A DNA stretch of 64,000 bases from an uncultured Bacilli bacterium (GCA_947623935.1 CANQIE010000001.1:4169-68168); one strand, 5' to 3'; shown: positions 9,827 to 20,865, counted from the stretch's first letter. The notes: generated by a model not told the origin, from the sequence alone. A program made the numbers and translations.

Positions 9827-10426
9827 TTATGTTTTATTATCTCTTGTTTTTTTAATATAATTATATATATCAGTCCAATTATCAAATATTGGTATTTTAT
9901 CTGCGAAAAAATTATTTGTATTTAAACAAACTGCTTTTATGCCATATCTTTTAACATCTAAACAATTATTTATATTATCATCTATAAACAAATCCACTTT
10001 TTCTTCTTTACAAATTTTACCTTTATTTCTAGCTTTTACTATTAATTTATCATAATATATATTATTCTTTTTTAACCATTCTTCACTTTGTTTATACGGA
10101 TCATCGTGGAACTCTAAATCTCTAGCTGTAATTATGTAAATTTCATATCCATCTAAATGAAGTTTATTAACAAATTCCAAAACACCTTCTCTTGGAATAG
10201 CATTGTTAGTAATATTTTCTTGGATATTTTTTAAAAAATATTTAAGTTCTTCATATGTAAAGCCAAATGCTTTTTGATATATATTTCCATCATTCTTTTT
10301 ATCTATTAATTCTAAATTTTTCAAATTGATGTTCTTATTTAGGCTAGTTGCATATATGTAAGCAGCATTATTTAATTCTTTTTGAATATCAGTAAGAGTA
10401 TTATCGATATCTATGCCAATTCTCAT
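9827..10426 (-). CDS. HAD-superfamily hydrolase (nucleotidase-like)
   Basis: start chosen at MRIGIDIDNTL (HAD motif I DxDxT) preceded by AGGAGGAG SD; LFIDDN-type motif later; ORF-track start at 10495 is probably too far upstream. Confidence 0.55.
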   Translation of the reverse strand: MRIGIDIDNTLTDIQKELNNAAYIYATSLNKNINLKNLELIDKKNDGNIYQKAFGFTYEELKYFLKNIQENITNNAIPREGVLEFVNKLHLDGYEIYIITARDLEFHDDPYKQSEEWLKKNNIYYDKLIVKARNKGKICKEEKVDLFIDDNINNCLDVKRYGIKAVCLNTNNFFADKIPIFDNWTDIYNYIKKTRDNKT

Positions 10427-10558
10427 TAATAGTCTCCTCCTATTTACAAAAAATGTTCCCATTGAAAATTCCTTTGTTTTATTTGGATTTTTCAAATTTT
10501 TGGGAACATTTCTATTATAGATTATTACAAAACCTTCACGTATTTATTTATAATTATT

Positions 10559-11170
10559 TTATTTTGTATCAATACTTTTCATCGTATAAGTATTATAACC
10601 TTCATATTGATAACTAGCATCAATACCTTTCATATAAACTTCTCTATCGCCTATTTTATCAGTCAACGCTTTTTCAATCAATAATTTTATTTCTGTATCT
10701 TTAATAGGGCTTCTTTCCATTGCTAACAAATATTCTTCTTTTGAAACTTTGGACCAATCAACTACTTTGTTTAATTCTTTCTTTAAAATCAAATCTAACC
10801 ATATTCTGGTACTTCTTCCATTTCCTTCACGAAAAGGATGAGCAATGTTCATTTCTATGTATTTTTTTATAATGTCTTCAAAAGTATTTTGAGGCATTTT
10901 ATCTATTTTCAATAATATGTCTTCTAAATACATAGCAGAGGCGAATCTAAAATTTCCTTTAGCTAAGTTTTCGCCTCTTACTTTACCGGCAAATTCATAA
11001 ATATCCTCGAATAAATATTTATGAATTTGAGATAAACCATTAAAAGTTCCAACTTCAAATTCGTTAATTTTATTACTGTCAAATAATTCTAAAGCTTTAA
11101 TTTTGGTAATTCTTTCTTCTTCTTTAGATAGCTCTATTTCATTGGTAATACCTAGTTTATTCTGTAGCAT
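10559..11170 (-). CDS. fic: Fic-family protein (AMPylation/adenylyltransferase-type Fido domain)
   Basis: canonical Fic motif [12 protein letters not shown] in a 203-aa protein. Confidence 0.8.
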   Translation of the reverse strand: MLQNKLGITNEIELSKEEERITKIKALELFDSNKINEFEVGTFNGLSQIHKYLFEDIYEFAGKVRGENLAKGNFRFASAMYLEDILLKIDKMPQNTFEDIIKKYIEMNIAHPFREGNGRSTRIWLDLILKKELNKVVDWSKVSKEEYLLAMERSPIKDTEIKLLIEKALTDKIGDREVYMKGIDASYQYEGYNTYTMKSIDTK

Positions 11171-11175
11171 TAGAC

Positions 11176-13674
11176 CTATCTCCCATGACAGTTTTTATAC
11201 TTCTTACCTGAGCCACAAGGACAAGGATCATTTCTTCCAACTTTCTTAACACGTTTAGGAGTAGCCTTTTTGTCACTTTTATCTTCGTTCGTAAGTTTTT
11301 CCTTAACTACTTCTTTACGTTCGATATTCTGTCTTACTTCAGCACGTACTAAGAAAGTAGTAATATCTTTATCAATTCTTTGTTGCATTTGATCAAAGAG
11401 TTCAAATCCTTCCATCGTATAAGCACGCAATGGATCATCCTGTCCATAACCACGAAGTCCAATACCTTCTCTTAAATGAGAAAGCGTATTGATATGCTCC
11501 ATCCAATGGTTATCGATAATGTTAAGTGAAATCGCTTTTTCGAATTCATCTCTTAACTCTTCTGGAAGTTCTTTTAATTTAGCTTCGTACTCTTCTACTA
11601 CTTTCGTATATAAGTACTCAATCATTTCATCTTCTGGTTTATTATCGATTTCTTCTTTATCAATATCTTTCTTTAATAAGTTTTCATTGACATACTCACA
11701 AATTTCTTTAACATCATCATTCGTTAAGCGACCTTCTGGATAAACATGAGACTTAACTAAATCAGTAATATGGTTATGGAAAGAATCTAAAACCGTTGAA
11801 TGAATCGATTCACTATCTAGAATTTCATTTCTTCTTCCATACATGATTTCTCTTTGTTGATTCATAACATCATCGTATTGGAGTAATTGTTTACGAATAT
11901 CGAAGTTATTTCCTTCAACTCTTTGTTGCGCAGAAGAAATGGCTTTAGTGAACGTCTTACTTTGAATAGGCTGATCCCCAAATCCAAATGATTGCATCAT
12001 GGCTTTAATTCGATCCGATCCGAACCGTACCATTAAGTCATCTTCCATAGAGATATAGAACTGAGTAAATCCAGGATCTCCTTGACGACCAGAACGACCA
12101 CGTAACTGGTTGTCGATACGACGAGATTCATGACGCTCTGTACCTATAACACAAAGTCCACCTAATGCTCTAATCTCATCAGATAATTTGATATCGGTTC
12201 CACGACCAGCCATGTTAGTGGCAATCGTTACTGATTTATTCATACCGATTTTTTCGATGATTTCTGCTTCTCTTGCATGGTTCTTTGCATTTAACACTTC
12301 ATGTGGAATATGTTTTTGTTTTAATAAACTACTGATTAACTCACTCGTTTCAATGGCAATAGTACCTACTAAAACGGGTTGACCATTTTTATAACGCCGT
12401 TCAATTTCATTGATAATGGCTTTATATTTGGCTTGTTTCGTAGCATACACTAAATCCGGTGCATCTTCACGAATAACAGGCATGTTGGTAGGAATTTGAA
12501 TAACGTACATATTGTAAATGTTACGGAACTCTTCTTCTTCGGTCTTAGCAGTTCCCGTCATTCCAGCTAATTTCTTATACATACGGAATAAGTTCTGGAA
12601 CGTAATCGTAGCAAGCGTCTTCGTCTCTTGATTGATGGTAACGCCTTCTTTAGCTTCTAGTGCTTGATGAAGTCCATCACTAAAAGCACGCCCTGGCATC
12701 AAACGACCCGTAAATTGGTCAACGATTACAATCTTATCTTCTTGAACAACATAATCCACATCTCTTCTCATCGAGAAGTTGGCACGAAGGGCTTGGTTGA
12801 TATAGTGCACTAAAGAAGAAGCTTTTAAATCGTATAAGTTATCAATCTTAAAATGTTTCTCCGCTTTTGACACACCTTCATCAGTAAGCGATACACTTTT
12901 GGTTTTTTCATCGTAAATAAAGTCTGCTTCTTTCTTTAAAGTTTTAGCAAAGCGATCAGCATCAATATAGAGATTGGCACTTTGCATTTGTCCACCCGAA
13001 ATAATCAACGGTGTTCTTGCTTCATCGATTAAAACCGAATCGACCTCATCAACAATTGCAAAATTCAAAGGACGTTGAACACGATCTTCCTTACGAACAA
13101 CCATGTTATCACGCAAGTAGTCAAATCCAACTTCGTTATTGGTCGTATATAAAATATCTTTAGCATATTCAGCTTGTTTTTCACTAGGAGTTAAATCTCT
13201 TCTATTAACACCAACGGTCAAACCTAAGAATTGGTGAATGACACCCATCCAGTTGGCATCACGGTCAGCAAGGTATTCGTTAACGGTAATAACATGCACG
13301 CCTTGTCCTGTTAAAGCATTTAAGTAAGCAGGCATAACACTGGTTAACGTTTTTCCTTCACCAGTTTTCATTTCGGCAATATTACCGTAGTGAATAGCAA
13401 TTGCTCCTAATAACTGTACATAGAAAGGTTTTTGTCCTAATACACGAAAACTTGCTTCACGTACAACAGCATACGCTTCGACTAACAAATCATCAAGCGT
13501 CTCTCCATTTTCTAAACGTTTCTTAAATTCATCGGTCTTTGCTTTTAGTGCATCATCTGATAATTTTTGCATTTCTTCATCTAAATCATCGATTTTATGT
13601 GCCAAATCATTAAACCTTTTTAATTCTTTATACTCATGATCAAATAACTTCTTTAATAAACTCATGTTTATCAC
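11176..13674 (-). CDS. secA: preprotein translocase ATPase SecA
   Basis: 832 aa with DEAD-like motor motifs and C-terminal zinc finger [14 protein letters not shown]. Confidence 0.95.
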   Translation of the reverse strand: MINMSLLKKLFDHEYKELKRFNDLAHKIDDLDEEMQKLSDDALKAKTDEFKKRLENGETLDDLLVEAYAVVREASFRVLGQKPFYVQLLGAIAIHYGNIAEMKTGEGKTLTSVMPAYLNALTGQGVHVITVNEYLADRDANWMGVIHQFLGLTVGVNRRDLTPSEKQAEYAKDILYTTNNEVGFDYLRDNMVVRKEDRVQRPLNFAIVDEVDSVLIDEARTPLIISGGQMQSANLYIDADRFAKTLKKEADFIYDEKTKSVSLTDEGVSKAEKHFKIDNLYDLKASSLVHYINQALRANFSMRRDVDYVVQEDKIVIVDQFTGRLMPGRAFSDGLHQALEAKEGVTINQETKTLATITFQNLFRMYKKLAGMTGTAKTEEEEFRNIYNMYVIQIPTNMPVIREDAPDLVYATKQAKYKAIINEIERRYKNGQPVLVGTIAIETSELISSLLKQKHIPHEVLNAKNHAREAEIIEKIGMNKSVTIATNMAGRGTDIKLSDEIRALGGLCVIGTERHESRRIDNQLRGRSGRQGDPGFTQFYISMEDDLMVRFGSDRIKAMMQSFGFGDQPIQSKTFTKAISSAQQRVEGNNFDIRKQLLQYDDVMNQQREIMYGRRNEILDSESIHSTVLDSFHNHITDLVKSHVYPEGRLTNDDVKEICEYVNENLLKKDIDKEEIDNKPEDEMIEYLYTKVVEEYEAKLKELPEELRDEFEKAISLNIIDNHWMEHINTLSHLREGIGLRGYGQDDPLRAYTMEGFELFDQMQQRIDKDITTFLVRAEVRQNIERKEVVKEKLTNEDKSDKKATPKRVKKVGRNDPCPCGSGKKYKNCHGR

Positions 13675-13798
13675 TCCTTTTGATACTTATTATTTTAACA
13701 AAAAACCGTTCAAAATAAAAGGTTTTTACACACTTTTACACGAGTTTAAACCCAAAAGAAAGAATAAGTTTATCTTATTCCTTCTTACGATACAAAAA

Positions 13799-14329
13799 TT
13801 ATTCTGCCTCGATTATGCCATAATCGCCATCTTTACGTTTGTAGATAACGGTTGGCTGATTCGTTTCGGCATCTTTAAATAAATAAAATTGATGTCCAAG
13901 TAATTCCATTTGAAGAATCGCTTCTTCTTCACTCATTGGTTTTACTTCGACTTTTTTTCGTTTGACAATAACGTCTTTTCCCTCCTCTTCCTCTTCCACA
14001 AGCGTATCGAGTACGAAATCACGTTTATCTTTTAACATTTGTGATTGAAGGCGTGTCTTGTTCTTACGAATTTGACGTTCTAGTTTTTCTACCACCACAT
14101 CGATAGCTGCATAGAAATCGTCTTGGGACTCCTCCGCTCTTAGAATAAATGTCTTTAGGGGAATCGTTACTTCTACTTTGTCTTGATGATTACGTAATTT
14201 AACAAGTACAGTAGCATTAACATCGCTGCTATTATCCATGTACTTATCGAGTTTAGCAAGCTTTTCGTTAGCATAATCACTCATTGCTTCGGTAATTTTG
14301 GTCTTTTCCCCACGAATTGTAACTTTCAT
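13799..14329 (-). CDS. hpf: ribosome hibernation promoting factor, long form
   Basis: MKVTIRGEKTKITEAMSDYANEKLAKLDKY N-terminal RaiA domain plus C-terminal dimerisation domain. Confidence 0.9.
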   Translation of the reverse strand: MKVTIRGEKTKITEAMSDYANEKLAKLDKYMDNSSDVNATVLVKLRNHQDKVEVTIPLKTFILRAEESQDDFYAAIDVVVEKLERQIRKNKTRLQSQMLKDKRDFVLDTLVEEEEEGKDVIVKRKKVEVKPMSEEEAILQMELLGHQFYLFKDAETNQPTVIYKRKDGDYGIIEAE

Positions 14330-14422
14330 TTAAAGTTCCTCCTTTCTTCTATCATATCATAATTTAAAGATTATTTTAGCGAAATTTCTTAAAAAATTAA
14401 AAAAAGAAGATTTTTCCTTTAA

Positions 14423-14644
14423 CTAATCTTCTTTAATTTCTAAGTGAAGCGTTAAGACATCGCTATAACTAAAGGATTTGACAATTTTATTTTCGTCCTC
14501 AGGCTTTACTAAAAAGACACCAGGATACGTCTCTATAATTTTTCCTTGAAACTCTTCGGTTTGATTCCTGGCTCCATAAAATTTAAATCGTAAAACTTTC
14601 CCCTTTTGGGATTCCAACTGCTCTTTTATTTTTTCAATGGTCAT
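14423..14644 (-). CDS. veg: Veg (DUF1021) protein
   Basis: 73 aa; ETYPGVFLV and SYSDVLT match B. subtilis Veg (ETYPSVFV, SYSYADILT); synteny with yabG-rsmA. Confidence 0.7.
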   Translation of the reverse strand: MTIEKIKEQLESQKGKVLRFKFYGARNQTEEFQGKIIETYPGVFLVKPEDENKIVKSFSYSDVLTLHLEIKED

Positions 14645-15426
14645 CTAGGATACCCCACGAACATCATACCATTAGTGATGATACCACCCATGCCGGCTTT
14701 TCCATATTTGGTCTTTTCGATCATGGCAATTAAATCGATCGGTTTGTTTTTATCGGACAAACTAATGCTACTTGCAATAATAGCAGGATCTAAAGCATGA
14801 ATATTGACTCTTTTAGGACTACTTGCAAAATTAGCTCCTGCCTTAATCAATTCTTCATAATCACTTTGACAAGCACCTGCGATAATGACTAATTTTTCTT
14901 GGCTCTTTTCATATTTCCGTGCCGCTCTTACCGCTTCTACGAACTCTTTGGTATTTTTATAATTGTCGATGTTATGAATATCCCCATTTCGTTTATAATA
15001 GGCATCATGTCCTGTAATCACCACGATATCAGGATTTAATTCTTCTAAGTAAGAACCAATCTCCTCTTTCATCTCATCTTCTTTTAAATTAACTCCATAA
15101 CACATGATATTTAATTTCTTATAAAAGTTCATACACCGATCCAAATACTCTTGATCGCCATCAATATGTAATATTTTCCCGGGAAGATAGAAATATTCAT
15201 TCCGATCTAATTTTAAAAAATCATCCATTTTTCCTAACATACGATCATCATCCTGTAAACCTTTAACCTCTTCGACTTTCTTCAAATCATCGATAGGACT
15301 ATCAGCCAAAAGACGAATATTGACACCTTTCAGTGAAACCATATCCCCATCGATGGCAAGGATGCGAAACACTGTATCGTTATGATAAGAATTTCTAGTT
15401 ACATAATCCCCAATACGAAAAAGCAT
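14641..15426 (-). CDS. yabG: sporulation-specific protease YabG
   Basis: MLFRIGDYVTRNSYHNDTVFRILAI N-terminus as in B. subtilis YabG; conserved position between rsmA and veg. Confidence 0.7.
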   Translation of the reverse strand: MLFRIGDYVTRNSYHNDTVFRILAIDGDMVSLKGVNIRLLADSPIDDLKKVEEVKGLQDDDRMLGKMDDFLKLDRNEYFYLPGKILHIDGDQEYLDRCMNFYKKLNIMCYGVNLKEDEMKEEIGSYLEELNPDIVVITGHDAYYKRNGDIHNIDNYKNTKEFVEAVRAARKYEKSQEKLVIIAGACQSDYEELIKAGANFASSPKRVNIHALDPAIIASSISLSDKNKPIDLIAMIEKTKYGKAGMGGIITNGMMFVGYPR

Positions 15427-15458
15427 AAAATCACCTCAAGTAATTCTATGCTTTTTTA

Positions 15459-16283
15459 TTACTTTTTATGTACCGTTACCCAGTTACTTAAATAAGCAAA
15501 ATCTTCTAGTGTTAGTTGTTCTGCCCGATACGTCAAATCTTTAGAAATATTCTTTAAACCTTCTTCTAAAAGAGAAAGATCTAATTCTTTAAAATTATTT
15601 TTCAAGTTCTTTCGTTTAAAGTGAAAAGCACATTTTATTAAGTTAAAGAAGTAATCTAAGTCCTCTACTTTAGGCATTTGTTCTTCACTCTTACGGGTTA
15701 AAGAAACAACTACACTATCGACGTTTGGTTTTGGAACAAAGGAATTCTTACTTACAACGAATTCTTTCTTAATATCAAAATAATAGTTTAAGAAAACAGT
15801 AAGAGATCCATAATCTTTGGTGTTAGCCTTAGCACAAAGTCTATCCCCTACTTCTTTTTGGACCATAATTACAATTTTATCAATTGAAATTTTACTCTCA
15901 ATCAATTTCATAATAATAGGTGTTGTAATATAGTAAGGAAGATTAGCCACTACATAGATTTGTTCATAAGAATACGAAGCAATATCCTCTTTTAAATCAC
16001 GTTTTAGAAAATCATCAAATAAAATCTTAACATTGGAATAGCCCAACAAATTTTTATCAAGAATATCTTCTAGACTAGAATCGATTTCATAACACAATAC
16101 ATTATTTCCTGTCTTTGCTAACTCTTTAGTCAAAGTTCCACTTCCAGGACCTATTTCAATAAGCAACGTATGCTCTTTAATATCAGCCACCTTAACAATG
16201 TTTTCAACAATGGACGCTTCTTTGATAAAATTTTGTCCATATTTCTTTTTAAATTGAAATTCTAAGTTTTCCATAAGTTCCAC
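15459..16283 (-). CDS. rsmA: 16S rRNA (adenine1518/1519-N6)-dimethyltransferase
   Basis: QNFI...IEIGPGSGTLT SAM-binding motif; 274 aa. Confidence 0.9.
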   Translation of the reverse strand: MELMENLEFQFKKKYGQNFIKEASIVENIVKVADIKEHTLLIEIGPGSGTLTKELAKTGNNVLCYEIDSSLEDILDKNLLGYSNVKILFDDFLKRDLKEDIASYSYEQIYVVANLPYYITTPIIMKLIESKISIDKIVIMVQKEVGDRLCAKANTKDYGSLTVFLNYYFDIKKEFVVSKNSFVPKPNVDSVVVSLTRKSEEQMPKVEDLDYFFNLIKCAFHFKRKNLKNNFKELDLSLLEEGLKNISKDLTYRAEQLTLEDFAYLSNWVTVHKK

Positions 16284-16333
16284 CTACTTAAGTATACCAT
16301 TAATAAGAAAAGAAAAAAAGGAGATTAAACTCC

Positions 16334-16819
16334 TTAATTCTTTTGACTACCAACATCAATTTTTTGTGCTACACCTTCCGAAAGTTTTGAATTTTCTTTT
16401 TTCTTACTTAATAGCAAGAAGATATTAGCAGCACTTAAACCATATAACATAATTTGAAGTGGTGCAATCATATCGGAATAGTAATCAAAGTTAATATTAA
16501 ATCCCTGCTTAATTCCTGAAATCATAAATGGATCGGCAATAGCACGAATACCACAATAAATAAATAAACTAAATACTAAACAACATACAATGTTATAAAA
16601 AAAATTATCGTTTACAATCTTTTGCCTATAAATAAAATTTACCATAAATAAAATCAAAATGACTAAATAGGGTAAAAATACAGAAACAGATTCAACTAAA
16701 CTTTTATCTAAGCGTTTATACATGAATAAAATAACATAAAGTGTTAAACCTAAACTAACTAAAAGAAGTAACGTTTTTAATACGTTTAATACTTTATTTA
16801 AAAGATAATCAATCGTCAT
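16334..16819 (-). CDS. hypothetical polytopic membrane protein, last gene of SipW cluster
   Basis: 161 aa, 4 predicted TM helices; start overlaps upstream gene stop (ATGA at 16819). Confidence 0.4.
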   Translation of the reverse strand: MTIDYLLNKVLNVLKTLLLLVSLGLTLYVILFMYKRLDKSLVESVSVFLPYLVILILFMVNFIYRQKIVNDNFFYNIVCCLVFSLFIYCGIRAIADPFMISGIKQGFNINFDYYSDMIAPLQIMLYGLSAANIFLLLSKKKENSKLSEGVAQKIDVGSQKN

Positions 16820-17511
16820 TATTTAGCCCCCTCCATTTCTTGTTTAAGAAAGTTTGATAGTTCTTCTGTGAGTGTTGCAACATCACTATAAGCGTCCACA
16901 ACTTCTGTAAAGGAACCGGATACTTCATCATATGTAATGGCTGAAATATAGGTTGTAAAATGGAAACTACTATTATTTAAAAGACGACTTTTTAAACTAT
17001 TGGTTTTTCCTGCCAACTCATTGATATAAAGTCCTAACACTTTTTCATTTTGTAACAAGAATGTATTTTTGATCTCTTTTTCACTAGCATCTGCAAACCA
17101 AGAAAGACTACCAAGACAATTCTTTACAGCTTCATTTTCATAAGATTCTCTTAAATAATATACGTCGACAATATTTACTTGTTGTTTATCGAATGTACTA
17201 CTTATAGTATCATTACTTAAAGCTGTAACACAGGTATTAAGTTTTTGATAGGCAGTTTGAGCTTGAGAACTAGTCAGTGTTCCTTCATAATCGCTTGGAT
17301 TAATGCTAGCAAGATTATCCTTAATATTTTGAACCGATGTTAAATAATCATCAATAACAGAAGTTCGATAACTAGAGGAAATCGTATAAACTTTACTAAT
17401 TTCTGCTTGATGATACATATTGATAAGTAAAAAGAATGAAGCAAAAGCAAAAACTAATCCCATTAGAGAATAAGCAATAATACGACAATATTGTTTTAAA
17501 AAATCAATCAT
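16819..17511 (-). CDS. hypothetical N-terminally membrane-anchored protein in SipW cluster
   Basis: 230 aa; TM helix YSLMGLVFAFASFFLLINMY then soluble S/T-rich domain. Confidence 0.4.
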   Translation of the reverse strand: MIDFLKQYCRIIAYSLMGLVFAFASFFLLINMYHQAEISKVYTISSSYRTSVIDDYLTSVQNIKDNLASINPSDYEGTLTSSQAQTAYQKLNTCVTALSNDTISSTFDKQQVNIVDVYYLRESYENEAVKNCLGSLSWFADASEKEIKNTFLLQNEKVLGLYINELAGKTNSLKSRLLNNSSFHFTTYISAITYDEVSGSFTEVVDAYSDVATLTEELSNFLKQEMEGAK

Positions 17512-17538
17512 AAATGTCTCCTTTTTATTTTTTCATTT

Positions 17539-18114
17539 TTATGAAGCTAAAGTAACTTTGTAATGATAATGCTTATTCGTCCATGAAGTATCATAAGCAT
17601 CCATCTTTACCCAAACACGAAGAGCAAATTCATAGGTTTCATTTCCTTCAATAACACCTTCTGATAAAATATTCATTTGAAGATCGGATAAATTACCAGT
17701 AGCTACTATGTCAGTTCCTCTTTTTAATTGGTAACGAAGTTGGCTACGATCTAACAAAGTAGAAGCAGTACAACCATCTTTAATTTCACCCAAAGGCAAA
17801 TCTTCAATTAATAATCTATATTTTGCCTCATTTTCACTTTTGTTAGTTACTGTGAAAAGATATGGGTTAATAGCACTTCCATCATCGTCAGATAAAGGAT
17901 TTGCTTCCACTAAAGTGATTCCTTCACCATTATCTTTTATTGAAACTTCTAGTAGAGAAACTCCACCACTTAGATTTTCTGGTGTCATGAAGGCATAAGA
18001 GAAACTAAAGATTAAGCATAAACCTATTAATAATACAAACATGATAATAACAGGATAGGAAAAGAAGTTCTTTCCTTTTTTTTCTTCATTTTTCATTTCC
18101 ATTTTTTCTTCCAT
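17539..18114 (-). CDS. secreted protein with SipW-cognate (TasA/CalY-like) signal peptide, paralog D
   Basis: N-terminus ...LIFSFSYAFMTPENLSGG resembles SipW-cognate signal/cleavage region; C-terminal YEFALRVWVKMDAY...KHYHYKVTL motif shared with 19146..21795 paralogs. Confidence 0.5.
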   Translation of the reverse strand: MEEKMEMKNEEKKGKNFFSYPVIIMFVLLIGLCLIFSFSYAFMTPENLSGGVSLLEVSIKDNGEGITLVEANPLSDDDGSAINPYLFTVTNKSENEAKYRLLIEDLPLGEIKDGCTASTLLDRSQLRYQLKRGTDIVATGNLSDLQMNILSEGVIEGNETYEFALRVWVKMDAYDTSWTNKHYHYKVTLAS

Positions 18115-18115
18115 T

Positions 18116-19045
18116 TTAACCTCCTATGGATACTTTATCTTTTTTATTTTTCGGATAAATTCGTATCACATCTTTATATACTTCATCGTTTATTTTAACT
18201 ATTTCCTTCTTTTTCGAAGGTTCAATTAAAATTACATCTTTATATACTTCATTTACTTGCATAACTTCAATGTTGAATAATAAAGCCTTTTCTTGCTCTT
18301 CTATAACATCCTTGTCGGACACAACAGACAAGTTGTCTAACAAATTATAATCCTCTTCTTCAACTGGTTCCACCATAGGAACAACCTTAAATGGATCTTC
18401 ATCTTTTTTAGGTTTACCACCAGCAGCTTTAGTTTTATTATCTTTTTCATCTAGTACTAATTTCTTTCTTGTAGAACGAATAAACACAGCCACTAATCTA
18501 ACAAGATCATAAACGATGATAACTAAACAAGGTAGAACAATGGCAATGATCCAACCGTAGGAAGTAGATAAAAAATCTTGTAAATAACCTAATTTAGGAA
18601 TCTTGAATATGACTTTTCCTAAAATATTTTCTTGGGGTACGATCCAAGAATCTTCAATGTTGTTGTTATCTCCTTTGGTACGATATCGATAATTACCATT
18701 CGCATCTTGGTCACGTCCAACAACACGGTGAGTAACGGTTGCGCCATAATGAATAGGATCATGCGTTACAAAAGTGATGACATCTCCTACTTGTATAGAA
18801 GAAGGTAAAGCTTTAACATCAACTACAGCATCTTTAACTAGAATCGTTGGTTCCATACTATTGGTTAAAATAACATAAGCACTTAGAAGTGGCGAAACAT
18901 AATGATCTTTATTAATATTTTGTTTTTCCTCGACGAAATAGACCACCACTGTAATAGCAATTAAAACCAATATAAGTAAAATAGAATACATGAAAACAGA
19001 TGCAATAAAGTGCAACGCTCTTTTAACATAATCAAATGCTTTCAT
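18116..19045 (-). CDS. sipW: SipW-type (archaeal/ER-type) signal peptidase I with C-terminal extension containing short repeats
   Basis: LTNSMEPTI (catalytic Ser), GDVITF, TKGDNN motifs typical of SipW-type peptidases; C-terminus has repeated EVYKDVI(L/R)I segments encoded by a 20-nt direct repeat. Confidence 0.65.
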   Translation of the reverse strand: MKAFDYVKRALHFIASVFMYSILLILVLIAITVVVYFVEEKQNINKDHYVSPLLSAYVILTNSMEPTILVKDAVVDVKALPSSIQVGDVITFVTHDPIHYGATVTHRVVGRDQDANGNYRYRTKGDNNNIEDSWIVPQENILGKVIFKIPKLGYLQDFLSTSYGWIIAIVLPCLVIIVYDLVRLVAVFIRSTRKKLVLDEKDNKTKAAGGKPKKDEDPFKVVPMVEPVEEEDYNLLDNLSVVSDKDVIEEQEKALLFNIEVMQVNEVYKDVILIEPSKKKEIVKINDEVYKDVIRIYPKNKKDKVSIGG

Positions 19046-19145
19046 TTATGCACCCCGATTCTATTCACTCTACTATACATGATAACAAAAAAAAAGATTT
19101 TTTACAATAGAAAAGAAACATATAGATTATGTTTCTTGACTTATT

Positions 19146-19856
19146 TTACTTAGCAGAGGTAGCTACTAAATTGACTTTAGCAGAGAAAGTTTTTTGACTA
19201 TAGTCTTCTGCATATTGTCTAACCCACAAACGTAGGCGATATTTTTCATTATAGCCACGTTCTTCAATTCTTCTAGTAAATAACAATTTACCATCATATA
19301 CATTACTTTTAAAATCATCATATTGACTGTATACTTTGACACTTCCTATTAAAAGCGTTTCTGGAACGGCTATTTCTCTATTTCCTTTTAGATTGGTTAC
19401 ATATACTTTAACATCCGAATCTGAAAGTGTAGACTCTGCCATTTTTTCTAATATCACTTTATATTCTAATGGATTTCCTTCTCTAGGGTTACCTGTAACT
19501 TGGAAATCAAAGTAAGTATGATTCCCTACCATTACTTTTCCTTCTTCATCAAGCATAGGAAAAGCATTGGTAATATAAATTCCATTGGCAGGAAAATTAC
19601 TTCCGTTTCCACCTGGACCTGAACCATAATATCCACTATTATCGGAATAAGAGAATAAAATATCTCCTGTTTGAATAGTATTATTAGAAGTACTACTTCC
19701 TCCATCCATTCCTAAATAGTCTCGTTGAAAAGCAAATGAAAAAGTCATTATACCTGTAATCAATAAAATAAATAGGAATATAAACATATAAATATTTTTC
19801 TTAGAGGTCTTTGTTTCTTCTTGTTCCATATCCATATTCATGTCTTTTTTATCCAT
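19146..19856 (-). CDS. secreted TasA/CalY-like SipW-cognate protein, paralog C
   Basis: signal-anchor then FSFAFQRDYLGMDGG...NNTIQTGDILF (AFxD...TGTL-like TasA N-terminal motif); C-terminal YRLRLWVRQYAEDY...KTFSAKVNL. Confidence 0.5.
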   Translation of the reverse strand: MDKKDMNMDMEQEETKTSKKNIYMFIFLFILLITGIMTFSFAFQRDYLGMDGGSSTSNNTIQTGDILFSYSDNSGYYGSGPGGNGSNFPANGIYITNAFPMLDEEGKVMVGNHTYFDFQVTGNPREGNPLEYKVILEKMAESTLSDSDVKVYVTNLKGNREIAVPETLLIGSVKVYSQYDDFKSNVYDGKLLFTRRIEERGYNEKYRLRLWVRQYAEDYSQKTFSAKVNLVATSAK

Positions 19857-19947
19857 ACCTCTTCACCTCTATTATAAATGTAACATATTTTTTTTGTTTT
19901 AACAAGTTCTAATCAAAGAAAAAGTATCCTATTAGGATACTTAATTA

Positions 19948-20799
19948 TTATTTATATGATGGGGTATCTACCGCATATACGTCTAATTTAACTGAGAAAG
20001 TTTTACCATTAGTTCCACGAGTTTTTAACTTACATGTATCATCATCTAAATTCGGATGTTCTTCATTACATGTAGAACAATCAACTGTATCTTCCGAATC
20101 ACTACTAGTAGTACAAAAATCATTTGTCATATAAGTTTTATTAGTATCGATTTCATCACTTAGTTCTTTGTATCCATCAGCTGAAAGATTAGTAGTATAA
20201 TAGTGATCAGATAACCACATTTGAAAGCGATAATAATGAGTCTTTTCTCCACTAGTTTGGTCAAAAGTATTCGTATATAACAATTTATCACTATTAGATG
20301 AACCATTTCTAGTATAATTTTCTAACTTATCAAAATAACTATTTTGGTGCGTAGATTCAATATTAATTGGCGTATAATCGCCTTCTGCATCAGAAGTTTT
20401 GGTTAGTAATCTTAAACGAACATATTTAGATTCAAGCGCACTAACACTAGCATGGTCTGTTGTGTCATCTACCACGATATCATACTTAATACTCATATTA
20501 CCATTGATAGTGGAAGTTACCGTAAAATCAAATTGCCCCTTATCACCTAAAGCATTAGCTTTTGTTGCTTCTTCATCTGACATAGGCATTGCATTTGTTA
20601 ATTTAATACCATTCTCGTTTTCTTCATACTTAAATACTAAAGTACCAGTATTAATCGTATTGGTAGTTGTTCCTTGTCTTGAATAAGTAAAGAATGCAAA
20701 TGACACTCCTACTACTGCTACCACCAAAATAGCTACGGCTAAAACTGATAATAAAACTTGACTTGTTTGATGACTGTTATTATTTTTTTCTTCGTACAT
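19948..20799 (-). CDS. secreted TasA/CalY-like SipW-cognate protein, paralog B (tandem duplicate)
   Basis: start taken at second ATG (MYEEKNNN) 8 nt after AGGAGG; VGVSFAFFTYSRQGTTTNTINTGTLVF resembles TasA AFNDIKSKDATFASGTLDL; HYYRFQMWLSDHYY and GTNGKTFSVKLDVYAVD shared with paralog A. Confidence 0.55.
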   Translation of the reverse strand: MYEEKNNNSHQTSQVLLSVLAVAILVVAVVGVSFAFFTYSRQGTTTNTINTGTLVFKYEENENGIKLTNAMPMSDEEATKANALGDKGQFDFTVTSTINGNMSIKYDIVVDDTTDHASVSALESKYVRLRLLTKTSDAEGDYTPINIESTHQNSYFDKLENYTRNGSSNSDKLLYTNTFDQTSGEKTHYYRFQMWLSDHYYTTNLSADGYKELSDEIDTNKTYMTNDFCTTSSDSEDTVDCSTCNEEHPNLDDDTCKLKTRGTNGKTFSVKLDVYAVDTPSYK

Positions 20800-20865
20800 C
20801 TTTCTTATCCTCCTTATCATAATTAGATTATAATAAAGTTAACCCCCCCCAGTCAAGTAATTTGA
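20626..20865. repeat. 240-bp direct repeat copy 1 (promoter + 5'UTR + first 58 codons of paralog B)
   Basis: identical to 21622..21861 at every position I compared, offset 996 bp. Confidence 0.85.
20827..20856 (-). promoter_or_regulatory. sigma-A-like promoter TTGACT-N18-TATAAT whose spacer contains a G8 homopolymer (C8 on plus strand 20843..20850)
   Basis: minus strand reads TTGACTGGGGGGGGTTAACTTTATTATAATCTAATTATGATAAGGAGGATAAGAAAGATG; -10 lies 7 nt before first ATG, SD AGGAGG serves second ATG. Confidence 0.55.

Noticed and set aside
11489-12382. plus-strand ORFs 11489..11743 and 12188..12382 inside secA
   Set aside because: antisense shadow ORFs within a highly conserved gene; low-complexity translations
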